From: Ignavibacteria bacterium
GTDB lineage: Bacteria; Bacteroidota; Ignavibacteria; Kapaibacteriales; UBA961
Direction of reading: 5' to 3'
NCBI GenBank assembly: GCA_947491315.1
Contig: CANLII010000003.1
Coordinates: forward strand, 7,970-71,969
DNA length: 64,000 nucleotides
Shown here in pieces: positions 19,956-29,144 of the stretch. The position numbers were made by a program, and so were the translations under genes. The notes beneath the pieces are model-generated. The model was not told the DNA's origin and searched no databases. It saw nothing but the letters and a program-made list of their open reading frames with translations. Numbering within the stretch: the stretch's first letter is position 1; every line of letters starts with the position of its first letter.

Positions 19956-21419
19956 TCAGAATTTCGGATACCAAAGTATCGTCAATCGCGGCAGTGAATA
20001 AAATGTTGAGAGTTCAATATTTCCCCAATCTTTGTATTTCTGTTCATTGGGCAAATTGATGGTATCATTCTTACTTTCAAAGTCCAAACGCCATTCAGCA
20101 ATTGGAATAATCATGCCAAATGAAGTTGGGATATTCACCATGAAACCAGCGCCAGCATTAAATGTAAGTTGACTATTATCATTGAATAGAACATTGGTTG
20201 AATGAATTCTCTTCGATTGAAAATTGATGCCACCCAATGCAAAGAATGCAACCTTACTTCGAGGATTGGCGACTGCTCGGGCAGTTATATTGAGTACCGT
20301 ATAGACATCGGGATCTGTCGGCGTTCCGGCAACAGGCAATGCATTCTTTAGTTTTGCATTATTTCTGGTATGTAAGAATCCGCCTTCAAGCATCAAGAAT
20401 TCGAGTGGATTATAAGCAACACTAAAACCAAATGCAGGATTTCCGTCCCATGAGCGCGTATCCCTTCTCTCGGGTCTGTCTATGTCCGTCAGTGTTTCGA
20501 CGATTGTATTTGTTGCAAGTGAAGGTCCAAATCCAATAAATCTTGCATATGGATTTATTTCTATTGATTGCACTTGCTCTTCAGTGTCTTCCTCATTTCG
20601 GTCATCTTGCGCGATGATTGGAAATATTGAAAGCCCAAAAAGAAAGACTATGAGGAATAGTGGAAGTTTAAATAAAGACTTTGCATTGCTGCTTGTCATG
20701 GTGATTATCTCCTCGAAAGTGAGTGCATGTATATCAGCTAATTTTTGTGCTATAAAACGAACAAACTGGGGTTCATTTCTTTTGCCACGATGTGGAACCG
20801 GAGTCATATACGGTGAATCGGTTTCAATCATGATTCTATCCAAAGGAGTTGCTCGAACAATCTCATCCAATATACTTTTCTTATAGGTGATATTTCCGGT
20901 GAAGGAAATATGAAAACCGAGATCCAAAGCTTTGTGAAGCATTGTCAAGTCCGAAGAGAAACAATGAAGCACTCCTTTGAGTTCACCTGTCTGCTCCTCT
21001 TGTAATATCTCAAGCATGTCATCATCTGATTCACGATTATGAATGATCACGGGCAAATCATGTGCTTTTGCGATATGCAATTGTTTGCGAAAGACATCCT
21101 TTTGCACATCTTTTGGCGCAAAATCATAATAATAATCCAGTCCGATTTCACCAACAGCTTTCACTTTTGACATCGAAAGTGAAGAAACAATGCGTTCTTC
21201 CACCTCAAGTGAATAGTCATTTGCATTATGCGGATGAACGCCCATACCGCAGTATATGTTTTCATACTTATTACAAATGGACAAAACTCCATCATAACGA
21301 TTGGGTTCAATTGCGGGAATGATAATTGCGTTGACACCATTCGCAAAAGCTTGTGCTATCATCTGATCACGATCTTCATCGAAGGCATCGGCATCAATGT
21401 GTGCATGCGTGTCTATCAA
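19956..21419 (-). CDS. tatD: TatD-family DNase fused in frame to a signal peptide and an outer-membrane beta-barrel
   Basis: aa 1-250 TatD (DTHAH, GVHPH, GEIGLDY, IHNRE, HCFS, ETDSPY); aa 241-270 signal-peptide-like; remainder alternating beta-strands ending WYPKF. Confidence 0.88.
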   Translation of the reverse strand: MIDTHAHIDADAFDEDRDQMIAQAFANGVNAIIIPAIEPNRYDGVLSICNKYENIYCGMGVHPHNANDYSLEVEERIVSSLSMSKVKAVGEIGLDYYYDFAPKDVQKDVFRKQLHIAKAHDLPVIIHNRESDDDMLEILQEEQTGELKGVLHCFSSDLTMLHKALDLGFHISFTGNITYKKSILDEIVRATPLDRIMIETDSPYMTPVPHRGKRNEPQFVRFIAQKLADIHALTFEEIITMTSSNAKSLFKLPLFLIVFLFGLSIFPIIAQDDRNEEDTEEQVQSIEINPYARFIGFGPSLATNTIVETLTDIDRPERRDTRSWDGNPAFGFSVAYNPLEFLMLEGGFLHTRNNAKLKNALPVAGTPTDPDVYTVLNITARAVANPRSKVAFFALGGINFQSKRIHSTNVLFNDNSQLTFNAGAGFMVNIPTSFGMIIPIAEWRLDFESKNDTINLPNEQKYKDWGNIELSTFYSLPRLTILWYPKF

Positions 21420-21883
21420 CGATTCTTACCCAAATATTCAATATGTATCTGTCTTTCTTCCTCCTGATCAGGCAAGGTCTTGATCGTGACTCTCCAGTCT
21501 GTTTTAGGCATTCCTGATCCTGCTTTTTCGGGCCATTCAACAAATTTGATCACATTCTCATCGCTCATACATTCGGAAAATCCAATCTCTAGCAATTCTT
21601 TCTCATCCTGAATTCGGTATAAATCAATATGATATAATGCAATTTCAGTATCCTCGGGACTTGTTCCGATATATTGATTCATGATTGTGAATGTAGGACT
21701 AGACACTATATCATGTACCAAGTAATATGCACAAACACCTCGTACGAATTCGGTTTTTCCTGCACCTAAATCACCCGCGAGTGTTATGATATCACCTGCC
21801 GATAATTTCTCCGCAAATCGTTTTCCGATAGATCGAGTTTCTTCTTCCGAATAAGTGTGGTAGCTATCTGCTTCCATGCGCAT
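21416..21883 (-). CDS. tsaE: tRNA threonylcarbamoyladenosine biosynthesis ATPase TsaE
   Basis: GDLGAGKT, SSPTFTI, YHIDLYRI, VEWPE. Confidence 0.96.
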   Translation of the reverse strand: MRMEADSYHTYSEEETRSIGKRFAEKLSAGDIITLAGDLGAGKTEFVRGVCAYYLVHDIVSSPTFTIMNQYIGTSPEDTEIALYHIDLYRIQDEKELLEIGFSECMSDENVIKFVEWPEKAGSGMPKTDWRVTIKTLPDQEEERQIHIEYLGKNR

Positions 21884-21938
21884 GCACTGATTGTGAAACA
21901 AAATGAGAGAGGGACAAATCAATGAATTGTCCCGAGCT

Positions 21939-23513
21939 TTAGCGAGGTTCCAATGTGATAACAGGCAAAATCATTTCTTCAAGTGAAATTCCACCATGCT
22001 GAAAACTATCACGATATTTCTGTACATAATGATTGAAATCTGTTGGATACACAAAATAAGTATCTTCTTTAGCAATGATATAATTGGTGGAAGAAGTGTG
22101 TTCTGGTAATTTATAATGCTCAGGATTTTTGATTGTCATTGCATTTTTGGCATCAGACTTCACATTTTTTCCATGCTTGAAGCGAAGATTTGTGGATGTC
22201 TCGCGATCACCATGAGCTTTCACGGCATGCATGCAACGAACAGAACCATGATCGGTTGTGATCACGATATTGATGTCTTTGTACTGAGATAAAGTCCGAA
22301 GCATTCCCAAAAATGATGAATGCTTGAACCATGATTTTGTAAGTGAGCGATAAGCGGATTCATCTGGCGCGATTTCCTTGAGAATTGGATAATCGGATCG
22401 AGAATGTGCAATCATGTCCACCGCATTCACCACAATCGCAGTGAGATGATTTCGAGTATATCGCTGTATGTCATTCTCGATTCTTTTTCCATAATCCGTA
22501 TCAATGATCTTGACATAAGATAGCTCGTTTTTGAGTTCGACTCTTCTGCGTTTGAGCAATGCCGCCAGCAATTCTTTTTCATGTGAGTTTTGACTGTGTT
22601 CACTCACACCCGGCACATCGCCTTTCCAATAATTGGGATAATGCTTTTTGATGTCGTCGGGAAAGAGTCCAGCAAAAATCGCATTTCTTGCATAGGGAGT
22701 TGCCGTTGGAATGATGGAACAGTAATAATCTTTCTGCACGGTATAATACGGTCTGATGAGATCTTCCATCATCAACCATTGATCGAGTCGCATGCAGTCA
22801 ATCACAAAGAAGAATGTTGGTTTGCCATTTGACAATTTTGGAATAACAAATTTGTCGGCAATATGAGGAGATAGTTTTGGTGCAGATGAATCATCACCCC
22901 TGAGCCATGATTCATAATTATTCTCAATAAATTTTCCGAATTCGGCATTGCACTCTCGCCATTGATCCTTAAGCGTCTGTTGAAAACCAAGCTCAGGATG
23001 CAAGTCAAGTTCAATGCTCCAATTCACCATTTTTAAATACACATCCAACCAATCGGACCAATCCATGAAGCCATGAAGTCTGCGTGCGATTTCTGTAAAT
23101 CCCTGCAAATAATCATGAGTGATTTTTTCCTCTGCGATGCGTCTGGATTCAAGGAATTTCTTGCAGGCAGCAAGAATTTGTGCGGGATTTACTGGTTTGG
23201 TGAGATAATCATCAATCTTTTCGCCGATTGCTTGCTCCATCAATGATTCAGCTTCATTTTTTGTGACCATCACAACAGGCATTGAAGGATCTATGTCTTT
23301 GAGTACAGATAATGTTTCAAGACCAGACATTCCAACCATTGATTCATCAAGAAAAACCAAATCATAGGAAGTGTTGGAGGCAAGTTCAATGGCGTCTTCA
23401 CCATTGGTGGCAGTTTCTACATCATAACCGCGTTGCTTGAGAAGTATGATATGCGGCTTGAGAAGCTCAATCTCATCATCAATCCACAGTATGCGCTTTT
23501 TTGATTGTTCCAT
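21939..23513 (-). CDS. porX: PorX-type response regulator with PglZ/alkaline-phosphatase domain
   Basis: Receiver domain (WIDDE, FLDESM, TKPVNP) plus IDCMRLDQW, PTATPYARNAIF, TTDHG, FQHGGISLEEM; upstream of tsaE as in Bacteroidota. Confidence 0.9.
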   Translation of the reverse strand: MEQSKKRILWIDDEIELLKPHIILLKQRGYDVETATNGEDAIELASNTSYDLVFLDESMVGMSGLETLSVLKDIDPSMPVVMVTKNEAESLMEQAIGEKIDDYLTKPVNPAQILAACKKFLESRRIAEEKITHDYLQGFTEIARRLHGFMDWSDWLDVYLKMVNWSIELDLHPELGFQQTLKDQWRECNAEFGKFIENNYESWLRGDDSSAPKLSPHIADKFVIPKLSNGKPTFFFVIDCMRLDQWLMMEDLIRPYYTVQKDYYCSIIPTATPYARNAIFAGLFPDDIKKHYPNYWKGDVPGVSEHSQNSHEKELLAALLKRRRVELKNELSYVKIIDTDYGKRIENDIQRYTRNHLTAIVVNAVDMIAHSRSDYPILKEIAPDESAYRSLTKSWFKHSSFLGMLRTLSQYKDINIVITTDHGSVRCMHAVKAHGDRETSTNLRFKHGKNVKSDAKNAMTIKNPEHYKLPEHTSSTNYIIAKEDTYFVYPTDFNHYVQKYRDSFQHGGISLEEMILPVITLEPR

Positions 23514-23521
23514 TATCTAAT

Positions 23522-23650
23522 ACTCCATTATTCCTTGATACATACATGAATCATTGCAGTATGATTTCAGTATCAATTTGTGTGATATTGAATTGTCTCG
23601 CAATAAAAATGGTCTCAAGATGTATGGCGGCCTAAGAATAATGGAAAAAG
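23522..23650 (-). promoter_or_regulatory. Structured 5' leader of porX (candidate cis-regulatory RNA)
   Basis: 23524-23533 is the reverse complement of 23636-23645 and covers the GGAG SD; a second helix (CATACA/TGTATG) and inner hairpins are present. Confidence 0.4.
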
Positions 23651-23729
23651 ATGTGTGCAAATATCGGATTATGAAAGGCAATCCCCAAATAAAGTCGGAA
23701 GTAGAGAGCTAGACCTCCGAGTAAAATAA

Positions 23730-24887
23730 TTATTGTAGAAACTCCTTTGCCAGATTTCTTGCCTCACGATCCGCTTCATCAATTTGATGAATGTCAGGAT
23801 TGTCAATGATGGACATCTTTTCTAATACTTTTTCGATGATTTGGGGTATTTGTAGAAAACTTGCCTTGTTTTCTAAAAAGTATTGAACTGCAATTTCATT
23901 CGCGGCATTCAGAACCGCAGGAGCGGTACCTCCAGTTTTCATGGCATCATATGCCAATTGCAGACATGGAAAACGCTCTGTATCTGGTTTGAAGAAGGAT
24001 AAGTTTCCGGCTGTGAGCAAATCTAATTTGGGTAAATCTGCATTTCTTCTTTCAGGATGAAACAATGCATAGATGATTGGTACACGCATATCAGGCGTGC
24101 CAAGTTGCGCTTTGATGGATGTATCACCGAATTGCACGAGTGAATGTATGATGCTTTGTGGATGAATCACCACTTCGATTTGTTCGGGCGTGAGATCAAA
24201 GAGCCAGCAAGCTTCAATGACTTCGAATCCTTTATTCATGAGCGTTGCGGAATCAATCGTGATTTTCTGACCCATCACCCAATTCGGATGTTTGAGGGCT
24301 TGCTCTCTGGTGATTGAATGAAATGCATTTTTTTCTAATTCACGAAATGGACCACCCGATGCTGTCAATATAATTTTGTCGATCATTGATCGTTCCTCGC
24401 CTGCCATGCATTGCAGAATGGCGCTATGCTCACTGTCAACAGCCAGTATAGGTACTTGCTTTTCTTCTGCAGATTTCATCACGATGGAACCTGCGCTCAC
24501 AAGCGTTTCTTTATTTGCTAGTGCAATTGTTGCGCCTTGTTCGATTGCGGCTAATGTTGGTGCTACTCCGCTGAAGCCAACCAATGCCTGCATGACGATG
24601 TCATTGTCGGGATGACTCGCCGCTGCAATCACTCCTTCTTCACCACATAGTATCTCGCCTTTGAATGAAGTGGTATTCCTGAATTCTTTCCATGCATTTT
24701 CATTGCTGATTGCAACTGCTTTGGGATTGAATTCTCGGATTTGAGCTTCCAATTCCTTGATACGAGTATTTGCGGTGAGAACATTGATGAAAAAATCATC
24801 TTTGAATTGTCTGACGATGTCTAAAGTTTGAGTCCCAATGGAACCGGTTGAGCCGAGTATTGTGAGAGTTCTCAAATTTTTCCTCAA
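23730..24887 (-). CDS. dxr: 1-deoxy-D-xylulose 5-phosphate reductoisomerase
   Basis: LGSTGSIG, LANKETLV, VDSEHSA, LTASGGPF, HPNWVMG.KITIDSATLMNKG. Confidence 0.98.
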   Translation of the reverse strand: MRKNLRTLTILGSTGSIGTQTLDIVRQFKDDFFINVLTANTRIKELEAQIREFNPKAVAISNENAWKEFRNTTSFKGEILCGEEGVIAAASHPDNDIVMQALVGFSGVAPTLAAIEQGATIALANKETLVSAGSIVMKSAEEKQVPILAVDSEHSAILQCMAGEERSMIDKIILTASGGPFRELEKNAFHSITREQALKHPNWVMGQKITIDSATLMNKGFEVIEACWLFDLTPEQIEVVIHPQSIIHSLVQFGDTSIKAQLGTPDMRVPIIYALFHPERRNADLPKLDLLTAGNLSFFKPDTERFPCLQLAYDAMKTGGTAPAVLNAANEIAVQYFLENKASFLQIPQIIEKVLEKMSIIDNPDIHQIDEADREARNLAKEFLQ

Positions 24888-25828
24888 TTAAATGGTAGCC
24901 ATTGGAATCGCACTGCGGGTACGATTGCCGGTGCGGTGAACATTGCCAATCCTGCATCCATCGAATACCGATCATTGTTCAATCGCAGGCCGATGAATCC
25001 CGCTGAATTTCTGGGACGCATGATATCTGCACACCAAAGTTCTGCCAATACGCGAGTATCATGTCTGGAAAACAAGCGAATGTCAAAACCCAATCCGAAA
25101 CCCAATGCACCATCATTGAAATTGATGATGCCTGAACCCCATCTGCCTGCATTTGCTTCATAAACATTTTCAGAACCTGTCTTGAAAAAGAGAGCAGTGG
25201 TCAATATTGTTCTTGGCATGTGAAAAGAACCAATCATATAGGCATGTTGGATGAGATTCGCACTATTCGCATAGATGAGAGAATAACCACCAGCGAGACT
25301 ATAATGTCCGGGAATATTTTCCTGCTCTTCTTCGTAAAAAGTGTATTTCACATTCACATGCTTACCTTGCTCATCGAATGATAATCCGGGGATGAATGTC
25401 ATGCCACCATTTACGGAAATACCTTCATAGCCATAGCCTGCCTGAACAAAAGCCAATTGCGTGATTGATACATAGGAATCCAATCCAATGGGATCTGCTG
25501 TTGGCATGAAATACAATGATGATTGCTGCCTATATGCACGACGAATTGTTCGAATATGCGCAATTTCATCTGAATAGAGTGTGATGTCTCCAATCATTGC
25601 TTTTACGATGATGGATTCAATAATCGTGGAATCTTCCCTGATTGTATTCTCACCTTTTTCTTTGTACTGACCTGTAAGAATATCTCCATTGGCCAATCTA
25701 AATCTATAAGAATTATCTTTCTTCAATTTGATCGAAGTGAATGGTTCATTTGTGAATATGTCTTCATCGGCATGCAATGTGATTGCACAGCATAGTATCA
25801 TCATGAGTAATGATGCGATGAATTTCAT
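24884..25828 (-). CDS. Hypothetical exported protein, probable outer-membrane beta-barrel
   Basis: Signal peptide from ATG 25828 (ATGA overlap with rlmN), small N-domain (FRLANGDILTG), beta-rich C-terminus ending FQWLPFN. Confidence 0.6.
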   Translation of the reverse strand: MKFIASLLMMILCCAITLHADEDIFTNEPFTSIKLKKDNSYRFRLANGDILTGQYKEKGENTIREDSTIIESIIVKAMIGDITLYSDEIAHIRTIRRAYRQQSSLYFMPTADPIGLDSYVSITQLAFVQAGYGYEGISVNGGMTFIPGLSFDEQGKHVNVKYTFYEEEQENIPGHYSLAGGYSLIYANSANLIQHAYMIGSFHMPRTILTTALFFKTGSENVYEANAGRWGSGIINFNDGALGFGLGFDIRLFSRHDTRVLAELWCADIMRPRNSAGFIGLRLNNDRYSMDAGLAMFTAPAIVPAVRFQWLPFN

Positions 25829-26958
25829 CCCAAAACTCCGGATGAACCACGAGAATGTGAATAGGCAAGTTGACCACAAGCGGCATCAATGTCGAGTCCG
25901 CTGGATGAGCGTATCATCACTGTGACATCTTCTTCACGCAATGCTTTGATGAATGCATGAAATGTGGATTCTGGAGCTGGTTTGAGTGATGCGGAAATTC
26001 CTTCGGGCGCAGTGAATTCAATCGTGTGAAAAGGAATGACATTCACTTTTGAAGGGAATCTTCTCGTGATTTTTGCAAGTCGCATCACATCTTCCATGCT
26101 ATCATTGAAGCCATCGAATAAGATATACTCAAATGTGATCGGCTTCCTGGTTTTTTGATAGTAATACTCCAAAGCATCACCGAGTTCTTTGAGTGAGTAT
26201 TTATTCGCGATGGGCATAATGGCTTCTCTTTGACCCTGCGTTGTTCCATGTAATGATAATGCTAATTTCATTTGCTTTGCCTCATCAGCCATGCGAACTA
26301 TGCCGGGTACAATCCCTGCTGTTGAAAGTGTGATATGCTTTGCAGTGATGAGTCCGATTTCCGGATTGGTGAGAATGTCGACGGCTTTCATGACATTATC
26401 ATAATTCAACATTGGTTCACCCATTCCCATGAAAACGATATTGGTGATATCAGTTCCACAAATTTCTCTGGCTTTCATGTATTGATCTACAATCTCAGCG
26501 GGTGCAAGATTGCGCTTCAATTTGAGAGTTGCGGTGGCACAAAATGCACAACCCAAAGCACAACCGACTTGCGTTGAAATACAAAGCGTACGGCGTTTTG
26601 GCATTCCTTCTTCATTTATCATTTCACTTGGAATCATGACGGTTTCCACTGCTGTTTCATCGAGCAGTGAGAAGAGCATTTTCTGTGTTCCATCCTGCGA
26701 AACATGTATCTCCTTGACGGTTAAAGAATGATGATCTTCTCCGAATTTTTCTTTGAGTGTATTTCTGACATCTTTCGGCAATGTTGAGATGGCATCAAAA
26801 GAAAATGATGATTCATGATTCCTGGCATAGAGCGCATGAAAAACCTGTTTCCCTCGATATGCAGGAAATCCCATGTTTTTCATGATACCAATCAAATCCT
26901 CGGAAGTAAAATTTCCGATGCATGACATAGCTGGATGTGAATCATTGAGTTGTTTCAT
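25825..26958 (-). CDS. rlmN: 23S rRNA/tRNA m2A methyltransferase RlmN
   Basis: CISTQVGCALGCAFC, FMGMGEP, DIDAACGQL. Confidence 0.97.
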   Translation of the reverse strand: MKQLNDSHPAMSCIGNFTSEDLIGIMKNMGFPAYRGKQVFHALYARNHESSFSFDAISTLPKDVRNTLKEKFGEDHHSLTVKEIHVSQDGTQKMLFSLLDETAVETVMIPSEMINEEGMPKRRTLCISTQVGCALGCAFCATATLKLKRNLAPAEIVDQYMKAREICGTDITNIVFMGMGEPMLNYDNVMKAVDILTNPEIGLITAKHITLSTAGIVPGIVRMADEAKQMKLALSLHGTTQGQREAIMPIANKYSLKELGDALEYYYQKTRKPITFEYILFDGFNDSMEDVMRLAKITRRFPSKVNVIPFHTIEFTAPEGISASLKPAPESTFHAFIKALREEDVTVMIRSSSGLDIDAACGQLAYSHSRGSSGVLG

Positions 26959-26974
26959 ATTGCAGATGGTATAG

Positions 26975-27009
26975 AAACAAAACCGGCGAGAGGGAAAACC
27001 TCACGCCGG
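26975..27009 (-). terminator. Intrinsic terminator after the OmpA-family gene
   Basis: GC-rich hairpin CCGGCG.GAGG/CCTC.CGCCGG followed by TTTTGTTT on the minus strand. Confidence 0.7.
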
Positions 27010-27031
27010 CAGAATGCAATTCTATACAGTA

Positions 27032-28921
27032 TTAGTTTCTAGGTGTTTCAACAAAAATTTGAACGGTTCTTGAGAGAACTCGACCGGTTGCATTTTCATT
27101 AGTGAAAATTTCAACATCTTCTCCACGACCAAACACTTCATATCTATTGTCAGGTGAAATGGATTCAAGAATTGTTCGAACCGCATTTGCTCTATTCGAT
27201 GCGAGATTGCGATTATAGAGAGGAGCACCGATGCGATCGGTATATCCAAAAATTCTGACAGTAGAATTACCTTTGATGACCGGACCAACTTTCTTTTTGA
27301 GAATCTCTGCATTTTCACTGGAGATCTCTGATTTATCGAAATCAAATAAGATCAAAGAAAACTTTGTTACTGTCATGTCTTTGCTTTGTTCGACGGAAGG
27401 CATGACGCTGGACATATAATCGATTGGAATGGAACCGGATACATTCGAAATATTTCCATCTGATTTTGTCATCGACAATGTATAATCAATTGGTACTTGA
27501 GCACTGGAAAGATCATTTGGACGAATCACCCAACGCTGAGGGGTGGGATTGCCCACACCAACCAATTCTCTCAAAGAACGATCTGCTTGAGTGATATTTA
27601 ATGTCCAAGAATTTACTGATGAACTATCAATATTCTTAGGTCTGAATTCGAGTAACTCTGGTTTTGTCCAACGCGTTTCATCACCACGAATTGCAATCGG
27701 CTCAAGAATGTCTGCATGAGAAGATTTAAGTGTCACTCTTCTGTTTTCACTCATTCCGTCTTTTTGATTGACCGCAGTTGGCACATCAGGTAAAGCTCTT
27801 GAACTTGTTGCAATACGACTTTCATTTATACTATAAAGTTTTGTCAGATAGTCTTTCACATGCTGCGCGCGACGCATCGCCAATCCTTTGTTTTTGGACT
27901 CAGACTTTCCATCTATTGAACCAATGAGACTTAGTGAAGCATCGGGATTATTCAACATGCGAAGACCTATGATATCCATTGTTCGCTTATTAATTTCAAT
28001 CGCATCTTGAGGCAATGTTTCAAGTGTGAATTCACCACGAGCATCACCACGACTTGAGAATTGTAAAGCAGGATCGGGTTTATCACTGTTTTGATCGAAG
28101 AAAATAAATGGTATGAATGGATACATTTCTGAGTATTGAATATCCTCGACTTTTAAACCATTTTCCAATACGCGATAATCTCCACCATCATTGTAATAGC
28201 CAACTTCCATGATTGTATTTTCAGTTGGAATAGGAGGTTTTGGCTTTGAAGCTTTTGCAGGTCCAAGCGTGATTGAAACTCCGATGCGAAGTTGATCTAT
28301 TGTCCAAGGAGAGAATGCCCGTTCTGTGCTGAAATTACCAATGACTTTGCGATATGTGATTTCAGGTGTTATGGTATAATCCCATGCCTTCATTGGAATT
28401 CCGGCTCCGATGATGACCGCAAAACGATCTGTTGTTCCGGGGATCGAAGAATATACCGTTGAAGAATCAACTCCGCCAAGATTCTCGGAATATTCACTTG
28501 TCAAACGACTTCCATATTCAAGTCCTGCGATGAGATATCCAGGGCTGTCTGAAAAAATTCCATTGATTTTCAAGGCCGGAGAAAACTCCAACATGGTGAT
28601 TGAACTTGTCAAAGTATTTTGAGAATTAGTACCCAAATCTTGAACTAAGTCTGCTCCCATTCCATGAATGCCGAGTCTGCCGGTTAAACGGAACATCTCG
28701 CTGAGATCATAATCCGCAAAGCCACCCACATGAAATGCCATCGAGGAGGATGAAGCGGTATATCTACCGGATGAAGTTGTAGTGACATTAGGTGAGTGGA
28801 AATTATAGTTCAATCCACCATAGATACCGAACTCAAAAGACTTATTCAGTGATTTGGAATTCTGTGCGGAAATGTTTGCCGCAGCAAACAAAACAAGGAG
28901 AGTCAAATAAAGTGATCTCAT
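27032..28921 (-). CDS. OmpA-family protein (N-terminal beta-barrel, two OmpA-like C-terminal domains)
   Basis: Signal peptide from ATG 28921; FFDQNSD..LAMRRAQHVKDYL..NRRVTL and LFDFDKS..GYTDRIG..LASNRA..SRTV. Confidence 0.85.
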   Translation of the reverse strand: MRSLYLTLLVLFAAANISAQNSKSLNKSFEFGIYGGLNYNFHSPNVTTTSSGRYTASSSSMAFHVGGFADYDLSEMFRLTGRLGIHGMGADLVQDLGTNSQNTLTSSITMLEFSPALKINGIFSDSPGYLIAGLEYGSRLTSEYSENLGGVDSSTVYSSIPGTTDRFAVIIGAGIPMKAWDYTITPEITYRKVIGNFSTERAFSPWTIDQLRIGVSITLGPAKASKPKPPIPTENTIMEVGYYNDGGDYRVLENGLKVEDIQYSEMYPFIPFIFFDQNSDKPDPALQFSSRGDARGEFTLETLPQDAIEINKRTMDIIGLRMLNNPDASLSLIGSIDGKSESKNKGLAMRRAQHVKDYLTKLYSINESRIATSSRALPDVPTAVNQKDGMSENRRVTLKSSHADILEPIAIRGDETRWTKPELLEFRPKNIDSSSVNSWTLNITQADRSLRELVGVGNPTPQRWVIRPNDLSSAQVPIDYTLSMTKSDGNISNVSGSIPIDYMSSVMPSVEQSKDMTVTKFSLILFDFDKSEISSENAEILKKKVGPVIKGNSTVRIFGYTDRIGAPLYNRNLASNRANAVRTILESISPDNRYEVFGRGEDVEIFTNENATGRVLSRTVQIFVETPRN

Positions 28922-29061
28922 GAATTTTCTTTTTCCTAAAATGCGAGAAATGAGGGTTTTGAAGGTTTGCCCCGCTATTTTTCTTGTACAAAAATGGTGA
29001 ATTGTCATGAATTTTCTAACGATTGTCTTTGCTCAAATCGTTTAATCCATTGTATTTGCAC

Positions 29062-29090
29062 AAAAACCCTTCTGAAATTCTCAAAAGGGT
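29062..29090 (-). terminator. Intrinsic terminator after ccoNO
   Basis: ACCCTTTTGA/TCAGAAGGGT hairpin plus TTTT; an extra hairpin lies at ~29104-29134. Confidence 0.65.
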
Positions 29091-29144
29091 CTCTGTGATT
29101 TGGGAGGGGAAAAGGAGTATAACTCCTTTCTTTCTGCAATCGGA

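Noticed and set aside
21939..23513. PglZ domain as evidence of a BREX defence system
   Set aside because: It is the receiver-PglZ PorX architecture next to tsaE, and no brx genes are present.
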